A DNA stretch of 64,000 bases from NCBI GenBank assembly GCA_951406725.2, contig OX597833.1, forward strand, positions 37,944,001 to 38,008,000, written 5' to 3'. The notes under the pieces were generated by a model. That model was not told the DNA's origin and searched no databases. It worked only from the letters and a program-made list of their open reading frames with translations. Positions 28,631 through 40,575 of the stretch are shown here, one piece after another. The DNA is from Octopus vulgaris. Its lineage: Eukaryota. The translations under genes and the position numbers were made by a program. Numbering within the stretch: the first letter of the stretch is position 1; each line of letters begins with the position of its first letter.

Positions 28631-30490
28631 AGTATATATACATGTGCATTATATGCTTGTATACACACAAACACATGTGTGAGTGTGTTTGTGTGTTTGT
28701 ATATCTGTATATATCCAGCCAATTTGGATAATAGAAAAAATTACCAGTAAAATTTGCTATAGCTGAGCGGTAAAAAGTTTGCTTCCCAACTACATGGTTC
28801 CAAGTTCATCCCATTGTGCGGAAGCTTGAGCAAATGTCTGCTACTATTGCCCTGGGCCAACGAAAGCCCAGTAAGAGGACTTGGTGAATGGAAACTGAAA
28901 GAAGATTGTCATGTGTGTGTGCACGTGTGTGTGTGCGTGTTTGTCCCTCACCATCATTTCACAACCAGAGTTGGTTTGTTTACGTCCTTGTAATTTAGTG
29001 GTTTGGCAAAAGAGAGCAAGAAAATGAGTATCAAGCTTTTTTTAAAAATAAGTACTGAGATAGATTTGTTTGACTAAAATCTTTCAAGGTGGTGCCCCAG
29101 CATGGCTGCAGTCCAATGATTGAGTCAAGTAAAAGATAAATGATACCTTCTGCCAAAATGTATAGCCAATAGAGGACATGCACAAACACACACACATATA
29201 GACAGATATACTTATCGATATATATTATATATACATACACACACATATATATGTAGATATATATACACACACATTATATGTAGATACATTACATACATAC
29301 ATACACACATATATATGTAGATACATTACACACACACATACATACATATACGAAAATATATCTAAATATACTCAAAAGAAATATACACACGTGTGTGAAT
29401 ATATATGTGCGTGTATGTATTTATTTTTCTAAAGCCAAATATCGACATAATAAATAATAGCGAGGCAGCAACTATGAAGAATAAGCAAAAACGCTAATAG
29501 GATGAAAAATAAAAATAAAATGTAATCACTTTACCAAAATGACAATACGGTACAATGAATAACTATATTTTAAACCCCCGTACGATCCAAAATGGGAGCC
29601 TGTACGTGGTTTCTTACTTCGCTAGAAATAACAACCAAACTGACCATTAACCACATCCTTTACGCTTAAATAAGTAAATGATACATTAAATAATGTAAGT
29701 GCTATATAACCCTAAAATTAACGGGATGGTCGTGGCTGTAAAGTGCTTGATGAGAAATCTGTTCGATCAGAGTAGACTTGGAGCTAAAGAACAACACTCC
29801 ATATAGCAGAATCAACGGAATTCAATAAAAATGTGTTACAAAACAATAAATAGAAAACAAACATGCTATCGAAATGTTTTGATGTGAGACGGGGGAAAGG
29901 GATAATAATTAAGGACTCAGTAATCATGAAGTTTTGGGATCGATCTTTGTAGAATTTTGGATATGTCTTTTACTTATACAGCCTTGAGGTGAACCAAGCT
30001 CCAACAGTTAAATTGGGTATACGGAAACTGTATGGAAGCCCAGCGGATGAAATGTACCTGTAATACAAAGGGGGCCAGTATTGTCGCCCTCTGTGTCACG
30101 ATGATCCTGTCTGAAGATTACATTAAAAGTACAAGTGTCTGTGGAAGGCTCAGCCACTTTGTAATTCAATGAATATGTAATTCAACTGGAACACTCATAA
30201 TCAAAACAGACATTATACAATATTCATAGAAATAATATTTACAATGTATAAATTTATTACACATTATAATATTTCCTTACTGTAAATAAGAAAGAAGTGT
30301 TTGATTTCCTCTCTGATAAACTCGTGTAATTGCAACGTGAGTTCAATCTCTCTTGTTTACTATGCTTTGTCTAAATAAGGGGTACAAATAACTAAGGATT
30401 ATTCTATAAAGGGAATAAGGAAAATAATGTGAATGAATGAATGAATGAATGAATGAATGAATGAATGAATATAGTTGAAAGTGTATCTAC

Positions 30491-30615
30491 CTGCAGTGAA
30501 CTTTCACACGGCAGCAGGTACATTGAGATCGGAGAGAAGGAGAACCTTGTCTGCGGTAGCCCAAGAAATCACCAGATTCCGAATCCTCGACTTCGTCTGT
30601 GGTCAAACTAAACAT
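30491..30615 (-). CDS. Candidate first coding exon (MFSLTTDEVEDSESGDFLGYRRQGSPSLRSQCTCCRVKVHC), product unknown
   Basis: ATG followed by an open frame of unique, CpG-rich sequence, ending in a CAG|GTAGAT donor (phase 2). It lies in the CpG-retaining zone. Confidence 0.5.
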
Positions 30616-31637
30616 TGCCACATCAACAACATTGACGGCAAACAAACAAACTGGGAATATATATATACGACAACCAGATGGCTGTGCTTAAAACGACAAC
30701 GATCCCAGCATCAACAGCGTCAATTCAGCAGCAACAGTGGCAGTGGCATCAATAATAATCAATAATCACCATCATCGTCATCACCATCACCTACATACAC
30801 TGTCAGCAGCAGTGGTGAGAAGCGGCTGGCAATGGATATGTGAACAAGGTGTTCGCCTCTCGGTTCAGGGAGTTGCGTGTTCGTACATTGTCAGTGGTAC
30901 AATGCAGAACAACCGTGAAAGACACTGTGCTAGACAGTGAACATTGACTGCACCTTCGAAATTTCACCTGATGGCGGTACATGGAGAAATAGAACGGAAC
31001 GGAAAGCGAGAGAGAGACAGACAGACAGAGAACAAGAGAGGGAGACAAAGGAGGAGGCGGAAGAGGAGGAACAGAGTGAAATAGAGAGACACAAGGTGAC
31101 AGAGAGAGAGAGAGAGAAACACGATTCGGTGTTGGTGTGTTAATGTGACAGGGAGTCTGCTATTCTACAGAGGGGAGTTCGAATCCTTTCAACCGAGAAT
31201 AATTAGGCAACAGCAATGACAACAATAATAGCAATACAATTAGTGCTGCTGATGCTGAGGTTGGACTGAACATCACAAAGCAGACGACGTTGGTGTGTGT
31301 TTAGCAAGGGACAGGCTGGTGGTATGAAATGGTAACAAATGAGCAAGAACTGGGACCGTAATTATTTTCTGTTTCAAGGAAAAATTGGCTTCTTATGTGG
31401 GAACTCCCACAACAAAGCATTAAATTATCAAAATCGCTTGCATCCAGCTGCTTCATTTGCTGTCTATTAATGACACAGATCAATTGATTTGAAAAACTCC
31501 CAACACCTCATCCGTCCATCTCTCACACACACACACACAAACGTTTGTAAATATAAAATCGCACTTTATGTAATTTCAGGACTTCTGATAACACCATGGC
31601 TAACACTTTCTAATCAGATATCTCTCTCTCTCTCTCT

Positions 31638-31680
<43 letters not shown>

Positions 31681-31784
31681 CTGCTCGCTTAGCCAGCGGG
31701 GTGGCGACATTTGAAGGCTAAAACAATGCGAAGCGCATTGTGACCAGCGATGTGTAGCAACATCTGATAGTCTGGTCGATCACG

Positions 31785-31845
<61 letters not shown>

Positions 31846-32019
31846 CAGCTTACTCTTCTCTCTTTAGTTACCTCTCAAGCTATTTGTTTATCACGCACAT
31901 AACATACATATACTCTCATTCTGTCTTTCTCGCCAAATATCTCTCTCCCTCTTTCTCTCTCTCTCTCACTTGTTCTCCTTCATCTGCTATTTACCTCGCT
32001 CTTTTCCAGACACTCATCC

Positions 32020-32068
<49 letters not shown>

Positions 32069-32104
32069 TATAGATACGTATATATGTGTGTGTGTGTAGA
32101 TACG

Positions 32105-32151
<47 letters not shown>

Positions 32152-32193
32152 TATATAGAGTGTTAGGTGTGATGTACAGAAATTAAATATTAA

Positions 32194-32464
32194 GAAAAAA
32201 AGTCGTCAGAATTTTTGGGGGAAAAAATCTTTTTCTGCATTATTATTAACGCTTTCGTTCCTTTCTCGGACTTGTCAAATAAAATTTTGTGAATGTCCAA
32301 ACAGATTGTTCATTTATTTAAAACAGAAGTTTATATAAATGAACGAGCTGTTTGTACATTCACAAAATTTTATTTGACACTTTCGCGAAAGGAACGAAAG
32401 CGCTAATAATAATAATGAAGAAATAAAAAGATTTTTTTTCCAAAATTCTGACGACTTTTTTTTC
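32194..32464. repeat. Long imperfect inverted repeat (foldback or MITE-like)
   Basis: AAAAAAGTCGTCAGAATTTT...TGTCAAATAAAATTTTGTGAATGT is mirrored by ACATTCACAAAATTTTATTTGACA...AAAATTCTGACGACTTTTTT. Arms are about 125 bp. Confidence 0.85.
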
Positions 32465-34133
32465 TGAATATATACATATATATATATATATATACGTTCA
32501 ATAGATTTGTAGTTGCCCGCCTTTCTGTTTATCAGCCAGCCAGCCTGCCTGCCGCACCAGAAGCTGGCATCATTTTCCTTCTTAACTGTAGGCATTCGTT
32601 CAATGCCATAGTCACACAGTCTAATACTGCACTATTGAGCGTAATGAGAACGTGTGTGTGTTGGCATACATTCTCGCTACGTTACAGGAACATAAACAAA
32701 CCAACACCGGTTATCAATAGGCGAGGATGCAAGCACACGCACAGATACGCAATGGCTTCTTTATTCATTTTCTATCTACCAAATCCACTCGCAAGGCTTT
32801 GGTCGACCCAGGGCTGTAGTAAAAGACACTTGTCCACAGTGACACGCAGTGGGACTGAACACAGAACCATGTGGTTGGGAAGCAAGCCAAGCCAAGCTTG
32901 TGTGTGTGTGTGTGTCGACTCAAGTAGCGTACGTAGCTTGTAGCAACGGAGTAAATGATCAGCTTCGAACGAATTAAAAAAAAAAGACCTTTGCTATTCA
33001 GCATAGAATACTTCGTCCTCTGTAACATCGAAAAGTATACGTGTGCGTGCGTATGTGTGTCTGTACGTGTGCGAGTGTGTGCGCACGCGTATATTGTTTG
33101 GTTTGTTACCTTTTATTCATTGCGGCCAAGGCCATGCTGGTGCACAACGTCTGTGAGTGCGAGAGAGGGAGAGGGAAGAGCGACAGAGAGAGTATAATCA
33201 TTTTTCAGTTCAAAGACAACAAAAGAAGGCTGTGGTGGCTGCACATACATCATTCCTATTATTAGTAGCGGCAAAAGAGCAACAATAGAAAAATAATAAC
33301 GACGACAACGATAGGGACTGCGAGCAGGACAACAATGATGATGACGATGATAATGGTGATGCTTTTTATCGTGCAATGAAGACGGTAGCGATGCTGGTGG
33401 TGGTGGTGGTGGTATGGTAGGGTGGTCGTCGTTGTCATGATGATCTTATTGATAATGTTGATTATATAATGGTGGTGCTCACAACGATGATACTGATCGT
33501 GCGTAGACGATGATGATGATGATAGTGAAGGTAACATCGTGTAGTAGCAGTGATCAATAAGAGGAACGCCATGGAAACATTGAGGCAAAAAGATCAAAAA
33601 TAAGGAGGGAGAGACGAGAAAAGTTTGGATGTGTGGTTGTCTGTAAGAGAGAGAGAGTGTGTGTCTGTGTGTGTGCGTGCGTGCGCGCTCTTCTATTCGA
33701 CAGGATGATGATGAAAGTGGTGGTAGTCGTCGTCGTGGTGACAAATGGCTATGATTTTGATTATAATAGTGAGAGATACTGGCAACATGTAATCTACAAT
33801 TCTTAAGTTATCAAACAAAATAATAATGGGGAAAAGAGCGTGCACCAGGCAAGGAAGAAAGGGCGACAGAAAACAAGGAAGAAGAATTGAAAAAGAAGTA
33901 AAACAAAAAAAAACATAAGACGACATCTTGTCGATGAAATACATCCAGGTATGCATGCACAGCAAAGACAAGCAAATAGAAACCCTTTCTACTCCTGTAA
34001 AAGTCAAAGAAACATGTATACTAGCTATATATATATATATATATATATAGGTCCCGGTTGATTCGGGGTTAACCACAGTAAGTAAGGTACTCAATATAGC
34101 AGAGTAAAATTAATTTATTATATAGAAGGAGTT

Positions 34134-34219
34134 TACAGGACTAGTACTGTTTCATTCAAGAGAAATCTTCAGGAAGCTTCCTGAAGATTTCTCTTGAATG
34201 AAACAGTACTAGTCCTGTA
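34134..34219. repeat. 86-bp perfect palindrome within a (TA)n-flanked insert
   Basis: Two 43-bp arms centred on GGAAG|CTTCC with no spacer. An imperfect extension runs to about 34114-34239. Confidence 0.95.
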
Positions 34220-34234
34220 GAAGTCCTTCATATA

Positions 34235-34274
<40 letters not shown>

Positions 34275-34299
34275 TGTGTGCTTGCATGTGTTATATATT

Positions 34300-34830
34300 T
34301 ATGAGGGGGGAAGGGATTCTTCTCCTTCAGTGCAAGAAGACATTTCAACCCTCAATAATTACTGACACTCTACAGAGCTCAGGTGAGGTCCACAATGGAG
34401 CATTGCTCCTACATCAAGGGCACTGCTGTTGCTGCACAGACAGACATCCTAAACCACATCCAGAAAAGGGTCCACTCAACTGATAAAGTCATTCACAGGC
34501 ACACTCCATATGGTAGCCCATAGACATACAGTTTTTTCTATCTTTCTCTCTCTCGCTGCCTTTTCTTCTGCTACTACGATAGCTTCTGCTTATACAGCCT
34601 CCACTCAGGTAACCCTGACATACTTGTTTCACCTCCTATTCCTCTTGTGTGCAGCCCACCAGACCCCACTTCCTTCCCACAATATCAGCCTTCTGGAACC
34701 TCTTTGCCTGCTCATGTCTTTCCCACATGTTGACTTGCAAAGGTTCAAGAACATGAATGGTATCAATCTACCTGTCTTGCAGGGCCTGCAAACACCACAG
34801 TACCCCTTCTTCAAACCCCAGCAAATAAAA
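34300..34830 (+). mobile_element. CR1/L2/Jockey-group LINE 3' fragment
   Basis: Plus frame encodes ARRHFNPQ*LLTLYRAQVRSTMEHCSYI...ILNHIQKRV, matching the LYKAQVR..MEYCS motif. Confidence 0.75.
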
Positions 34831-34965
34831 ATATGTGTATATGTGTAAATATACAGGCAGTGGTTCATATTTTCATACTTCTTCAGTTTATATGGAGAAA
34901 TGATCCTTAGAAAGGTAAAACTCAACTGTATGAACATTAAAATAAATATTTTTTTTTCTTTTTTA

Positions 34966-35360
34966 GGCGCAGGAGTGGCTGTGTGGTAAGTAGCTTGCTT
35001 ACAAACCACATGGTTCCAGGTTCAGTCCCACTGCGTGACACCTTGGGCAAGTGTCTTCTACTATAGCCTTGGGCCGACCAAAGCCTTGTGAGTGGATTTG
35101 GTAGATGGAAACTGAAAGAAGCCCATTGTATATATGTATATATATATATATATGTGTGTTTGTGTGTCTGTGTTTGTCCCCCTAACATCGCTTGACAATG
35201 GATGCTTGTGAGTTTACGTCCCCATAACTTAGTGGTTCGGCAAAAGAAACTGATAGAATAAGTACTAGGCTTACAAAGAATAAGTCCTGGGGTCGATTTG
35301 CTCAACTAAAGGTGGTGCTCCAGCATGGCCAGTCAAATGACTGAAACAAGTAAAAGAGTA
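34966..35360 (+). mobile_element. SINE family A
   Basis: Match to the family consensus. Confidence 0.88.
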
Positions 35361-35404
35361 ACAAAAATTAAATTTATTTGCATAAAGATATTTTTTCTCT
35401 AAAC

Positions 35405-35743
35405 CAGTGGTTCTCACCTGAGGTTCATACGATCCTCGGGGAGTCCAGATAAGAATTTTGGAGGACCACACAAGCAGAATAGTAAATTGCATATACACAG
35501 TAGTATATTAAGGAGCCATGAAAAACCTTTGAGATAGATGCATTTATTGGAAGAAACAACTAGGTTTCTTTCTCTAACATTTTACATAGTTCAACCTACA
35601 CAAGTTAATGTTTGAAAAACAAATTAAGAGTTTTGAAAGAAGTATCTATAAAACTAGTTCTTTAAACATTGAGATGCTATGGGGATCCACCTGAATAAAA
35701 TGAGGTTACTATAATAGGTTTAAAAAATGGTTTAGAACCACTA
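35405..35743. mobile_element. hAT-type MITE
   Basis: TIRs CAGTGGTTCT / AGAACCACTA, with 8-bp flanks CTCTAAAC / GTCTAAAC matching at 7/8. Confidence 0.72.
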
Positions 35744-38400
35744 GTCTAAACAGAAATATACTGAAAAACAAATCTAGTGATATTTCCATTGGAATAACTT
35801 GTAATAAATAAAATATGTGATGTGAAAGGTTCTGCCTAAATCAGCATATCTTCATCTTCACAGTAGGGAAATATCTAAAAAAAAAGGCTTGTCAGACTGC
35901 CTCGTGATTCCTGCAGATAAAATGGGCCAAGTGTTGCCTCAGAGGATGGTAAGGGATATGTATTGGAATACTCAAGACACACTTGTGGATAGCCATCTCC
36001 ATCCCAAAAGATATTACTAGTTCAGAAATTTAATATCAGTTAACATTGAATTAATTACTGAAGTAAACAGAACTTAAAAGTGGTACTAAATCCAATCATG
36101 GAATGCAGTAAAAAGGCTAAACAATGTTGAGAAAAAAAAATTTTGACCACTAACCAAACTAAACAATTTATATTTCAAAACCAAGCAAATAAAATTTTCC
36201 CATTCTTTTGACATCCTTGAAGATATGATATCCACAATGACTAAACTACATTTCATATTGAAATGTAATCTGAAATATTTCAACTAACACGAAGAAAAGA
36301 GTTAAGGTTTTTGTTTACTCAACTCTAATTTATGAGGCAGGATCACAAGCGATAAAATATAGAAAAGAGACTTTTGAAAAGAGGTTGTGGAGAAGAATAA
36401 AGTAGATTTCCTATATTGAAAGGTACAATTGTTGAGTTAGCTTTGCAAAAAAATTTGATGAGATGAAGACAAGATCATAGTTTTAAATAAACTTGAAGCA
36501 ATAACTTATTAATATATTATTCTTTCAAAAGTAATGCTTATTTATTCACATTGTTTTGAATTAATCAAGCCTTATTTTGTAGCTTGGAGATTTTGATGAG
36601 GTTACTATAATTCTTGGACTGATATTGTAGAGTAAGTATGAGAAACCAGACCTGGCCAGTTTCAGCATAAAGCAGGTAGAAATATTTTGGATGGATATGG
36701 CTGGTTTAATTGCTAAAGGACTAATGAGAGATGATATCATTTTGGAAAAAGGTATAATAGTTGGATAATGAGAGATAAAAGAAAATTAAAAGAGTTGAGA
36801 GAGATAAATGGATAAAGTAAAATCAATTTTATGAACAAGCACTTAAATCAGCTGAAAATGATGCAAGCACCAATGATGATTGATTGATAAAAGTTGATAT
36901 AGCTACTATGGATCAATTCTGATCCTACCTGTAGGTATATGTGTGTGTGGCCAGTGCCAGTGATAAGTGTGAGGCACCTGTGCCAGTGACATATAAAAGA
37001 CACCCAGTACACTCTAAGGAGTGGTTGGTGTTAGGAAGGGCATCCAGCCATAGAAACCAAACCAAAACAGACTGGAGCTTGGTGCAGCACTCCAGCTTAC
37101 TGGTTCTAGTCAAACCATCAAACTCTTGCCATTGAATGTCTGTTTTTCATCTTAACAAAGACTGGACAAATGTGTATTGAGATATTGTTTAACAGCTAGA
37201 TGCACTTCCTGTTGCTCACACCTGTTTTTCAACTAATAGTTTCTTTGTTTTTTTCCAATCCACTCATCTTCAAAAGCACAGAACAACAGGATGAATTGAA
37301 AGAAAGAAATGCCAACAAACATCACCATTTTCTGCTCAACAGTTTTTCATGCAGAATGTAAGCTTACAAAGACATTCACATGCAAACACACATACATATA
37401 CTTATATATACAATAGTCTTCCACTGAGTTCCCATCCACCAATTTCCCTCACAAGTCATTGGTCAGCCCAAGAGTACAATAAAAGACACATGCCTAAGGA
37501 GACATGTAGTGAGGTAGAACTTAAAACCACATGTTAACAAAGCAAACTCTATATCCATACAGTTATATCTGCTTGTGTGTGTGTGTGTATTGTTATTACC
37601 ATCATCATTCAATGTTCACATCTCCATGCATCCATGGGTCAGACCAAATGTGTTGGGACACATTTTCTATGGTTGGATGCTTTTCTTGTTGCCAATCCTT
37701 CTGTTTCCAAACAAGGTAATATTTCCCCATGGTTAGAAATGTTTTTCATTGAAGACTAGAAATGAACAGTATTGCTTACATCATGACCATCACATGATGT
37801 CAAGACAATGCTACACATATACACACACACACACACAAGGGACCAAGATGATAAAAGGACTGAGATATCTGATGCCTTGCTGTACTCAAGAAGACCTGTC
37901 TGCTACAGCAGAATTGATGCCAGTGCTGGTGCCACATAAAAAGCATCAAGTACACTCTGAAGTGTGATTGGCACTAGGAAGGGCATCCAGCCATAGAAAC
38001 CATGCCAGAATGGACAATGGAGTCTGGTGCAGCCCCTGGCCTTATTAGCTCCTATCAAACCATCCAACCGATGCCAGCATGGAAAACAAACATTAAATTA
38101 TGATGATGATGATATGCAATGGGCTTCCTTCAGTTTCTGTCTACCAAATTCACTCTCAAGTCTCTGATCAGTCTGGGGCTATAGTGGAAGACACTTGTCC
38201 AAAGTGCTACGCAGGTGGACCGAATCCAAAACTGAATGATTAGGAAATAAACTTAACAATGATTATGAAGATGATGATGGTGACAATGATAATAATATTG
38301 ATGATGCTGAAGATAATAATAATGCTGGACACTGCAAACAAGAGTCAACAAGAGACAGAGTAAGCAAGAGTCAGCTGACAGTGTTTGGCTGTGGACATAC

Positions 38401-38482
38401 CTCAGCATCAGTGAGAGGACATGAGCCATCAACTTTTCTGATAGCAGTCTGATTCCCTTTCAACTTAGCCCAGAATGGCATA
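38401..38482 (-). CDS. Candidate host-gene exon (MPFWAKLKGNQTAIRKVDGSCPLTDAE), product unknown
   Basis: Long pyrimidine tract ending TATACAG as acceptor and GAG|GTATGT as donor. Only one of three frames is open. Confidence 0.6.
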
Positions 38483-39659
38483 CTGTATACACAGAGGAAG
38501 TAAGCAGAAGTAAGATGAGAAGGGGGTGGAAGAAATGATAAAGAAAAATTAAAAGTTGTGTCAATTATGCTTTCTAACTGGGTATCAATACTGAGTTGTG
38601 TCTAGTTCATAGACAATTTCTCACCATTGTCTTTTACTGGTTTCAATCATTGGACTGCAGCCAATGCTGAGGCAATACCATAAAAGGTTTTTGTTGAATG
38701 TATCAACCCCAGTACTTATTTTTTTAAAGTCTGGTACTTATTCTATCAGTCTCTTTTGCTAACCAAACCAACACCAGTTGTCAAGCAAGTGTGAGGGACA
38801 AACAGAAACACACACACACAGATATATGACAGGCTTCTTTCAATTTCCATCTACCAAATCCCCTCACAAAGGAGTGGGACTGAACCCAGAACCATGTGGT
38901 TGGGAAGCAAACTTCTTACCACCTGCACCTTAAAAGAAATGTATCAAAAAGAGAATGAGAAAAATAATGATACGAAGGAAGATAATGAGTGTTCACTCTT
39001 CCCATCACCATTACACTTCTAATGACCTCTAACTGGACACAATCGTTCTGAACTGGACCAGAAGATATATGAATGATGATATATAAACAGGCAAATTGTC
39101 AAGGACTTTGTAAAAAAGAGATTATCTGAGATCAAATCCAGTTATTGATTATAGAAGTATAACAAAACAACAATATTTTGTCCATCCACACACACACACA
39201 AAATATGTAACAACAACAAAACAGAAAGAAAAAGAGAGAGGGAGAGAACGAAAATATGATCCAATCAGATGAAAGAGAGTGATGTTTTGAAATGGCAAAG
39301 TTATATGAATATATGAAAGGAGAAGACTAAGAAAGATGATCTAAACTTGAAATAGGATAAAACCCCACAGATCACAATACAGGTTATTTATCATCCCTGC
39401 CTACCACTATCACGACCATAAATATCACCAATCCAACTACTACCACCACTTCTATCATCATCAACCCCAACATTATAGTTACCAATGACAATATACACAC
39501 ACATGGACAGACAGATACATTAATTACATGATTCATTAGAACAAAAGTACATCAACCCATAGGATGCCAGGACACCATAACACTGAGTTCACAGTATGGT
39601 AAAACAACCATAAAATGTCATTTGTCAGTAATTGTACAACAGGTATGTACACACACACA

Positions 39660-39690
<31 letters not shown>

Positions 39691-39902
39691 ACCAATACTT
39701 ATTCATGGTATTAGTTGTTAAATAGGTCACCTCCTAGGTGGTACTTTGCCTGTTTATACATGCTTAAAATTTTACTTCAGGATGGTGAGTTTATGCTATG
39801 ATGTAATCTTTCAATGCATCAATAAAATGCTACCGAAACAGCTGTGGTAAATTTTAAACCCCATTCATGCTCTTCTTTTATTTATATATATGTGTGTGTG
39901 TG

Positions 39903-40140
39903 TGGAGGCACGTGGCTTAGTGGTTAGGGTATCAGCATTATGATCGTAAAATTGTGGTTTTGATTCCTGGACAGGGCAATGCGTTGTGTTCTTGAGCAAA
40001 ACACTTCATTTCACATTGCTTCAGTTCACTCAGCTGGTAAAAATGAGCGGCCCGTCCAGCTGGGGAACACATACGCCATTGAAACTGGGAAACCAGGCCC
40101 ATGAGCCTGGCTAGGCTTTAAAAGGGCGAAAAAGATAAAA
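39903..40140 (+). mobile_element. tRNA-derived SINE with F-like head and C-like tail
   Basis: GGAGGCACGTGGCTTAGTGGTTAGGG...GTGTTCTTGAGCAAAACACTT...CCCGTCCAGCTGGGGAACAC. A related tail lies at 47395-47545(-) and a related head at ~53185-53330(-). Confidence 0.75.
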
Positions 40141-40180
40141 AAGATATATATATATGTGTATATATATATATATATATATA

Positions 40181-40575
40181 GGCGCAGGAGTGGCTGTGTG
40201 GTAAGTAGCTTGCTAACCAACCACATGGTTCCTGGTTCAGTCCCACTGTGTGGCACCTTGGGCTAGTGTCCTCTGCTATAGCCCCGGGCCGACCAATGCC
40301 TTGTGAGTGGATTTGGTAGACGGAAACTGAAAGAAGCCTGTCGTATATATGTATATATATATATGTTTGCATGTGTGTTTGTGTTTGTCCCCCTAGCATT
40401 GCTTGACAACGAATGCTGGTGTGTTTACGTCCCCGTCACTTAGCGGTTCGGCAAAAAGAGACCGATAGAATAAGTACTGGGCTTACAAAGAATAAATCCC
40501 GGGGTCGATTTGCTCGACTAAAGGCGGTGCTCCAGCATGGCCGCAGTCAAATGACTGAAACAAGTAAAAGATAAA
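40181..40575 (+). mobile_element. tRNA-derived SINE family A (best-preserved copy)
   Basis: A-box-like TGGCTGTGTGG, B-box-like GGTTCAGTCCC, CORE-like GGCACCTTGGGC(A)AGTG, an internal (TA/TG)n and a tail GGCGGTGCTCCAGCATGGCC..GACTGAAACAAGTAAAAG. There are more than 15 copies or fragments in the window. Confidence 0.9.

Larger units (their letters stand above)
29400..34100. promoter_or_regulatory. CpG-retaining, probably hypomethylated promoter-like region
   Basis: CG dinucleotides are visibly common here, whereas the flanking unique DNA and old repeats are CG-depleted. Assessed by eye, not counted. Confidence 0.55.

Noticed and set aside
7279-33376. Dozens of ORFs rich in YIYIYI, CVCVCV, THTHTH or SLSLSL
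   Set aside because: They are translations of (TA)n, (TG)n and (GA)n microsatellites, which lack stops in some frames.
33262-34094. 160-aa and 133-aa minus-strand ORFs
   Set aside because: They are built from (CAT)n, (CAC)n and (CT)n low-complexity tracts with no domain signature.
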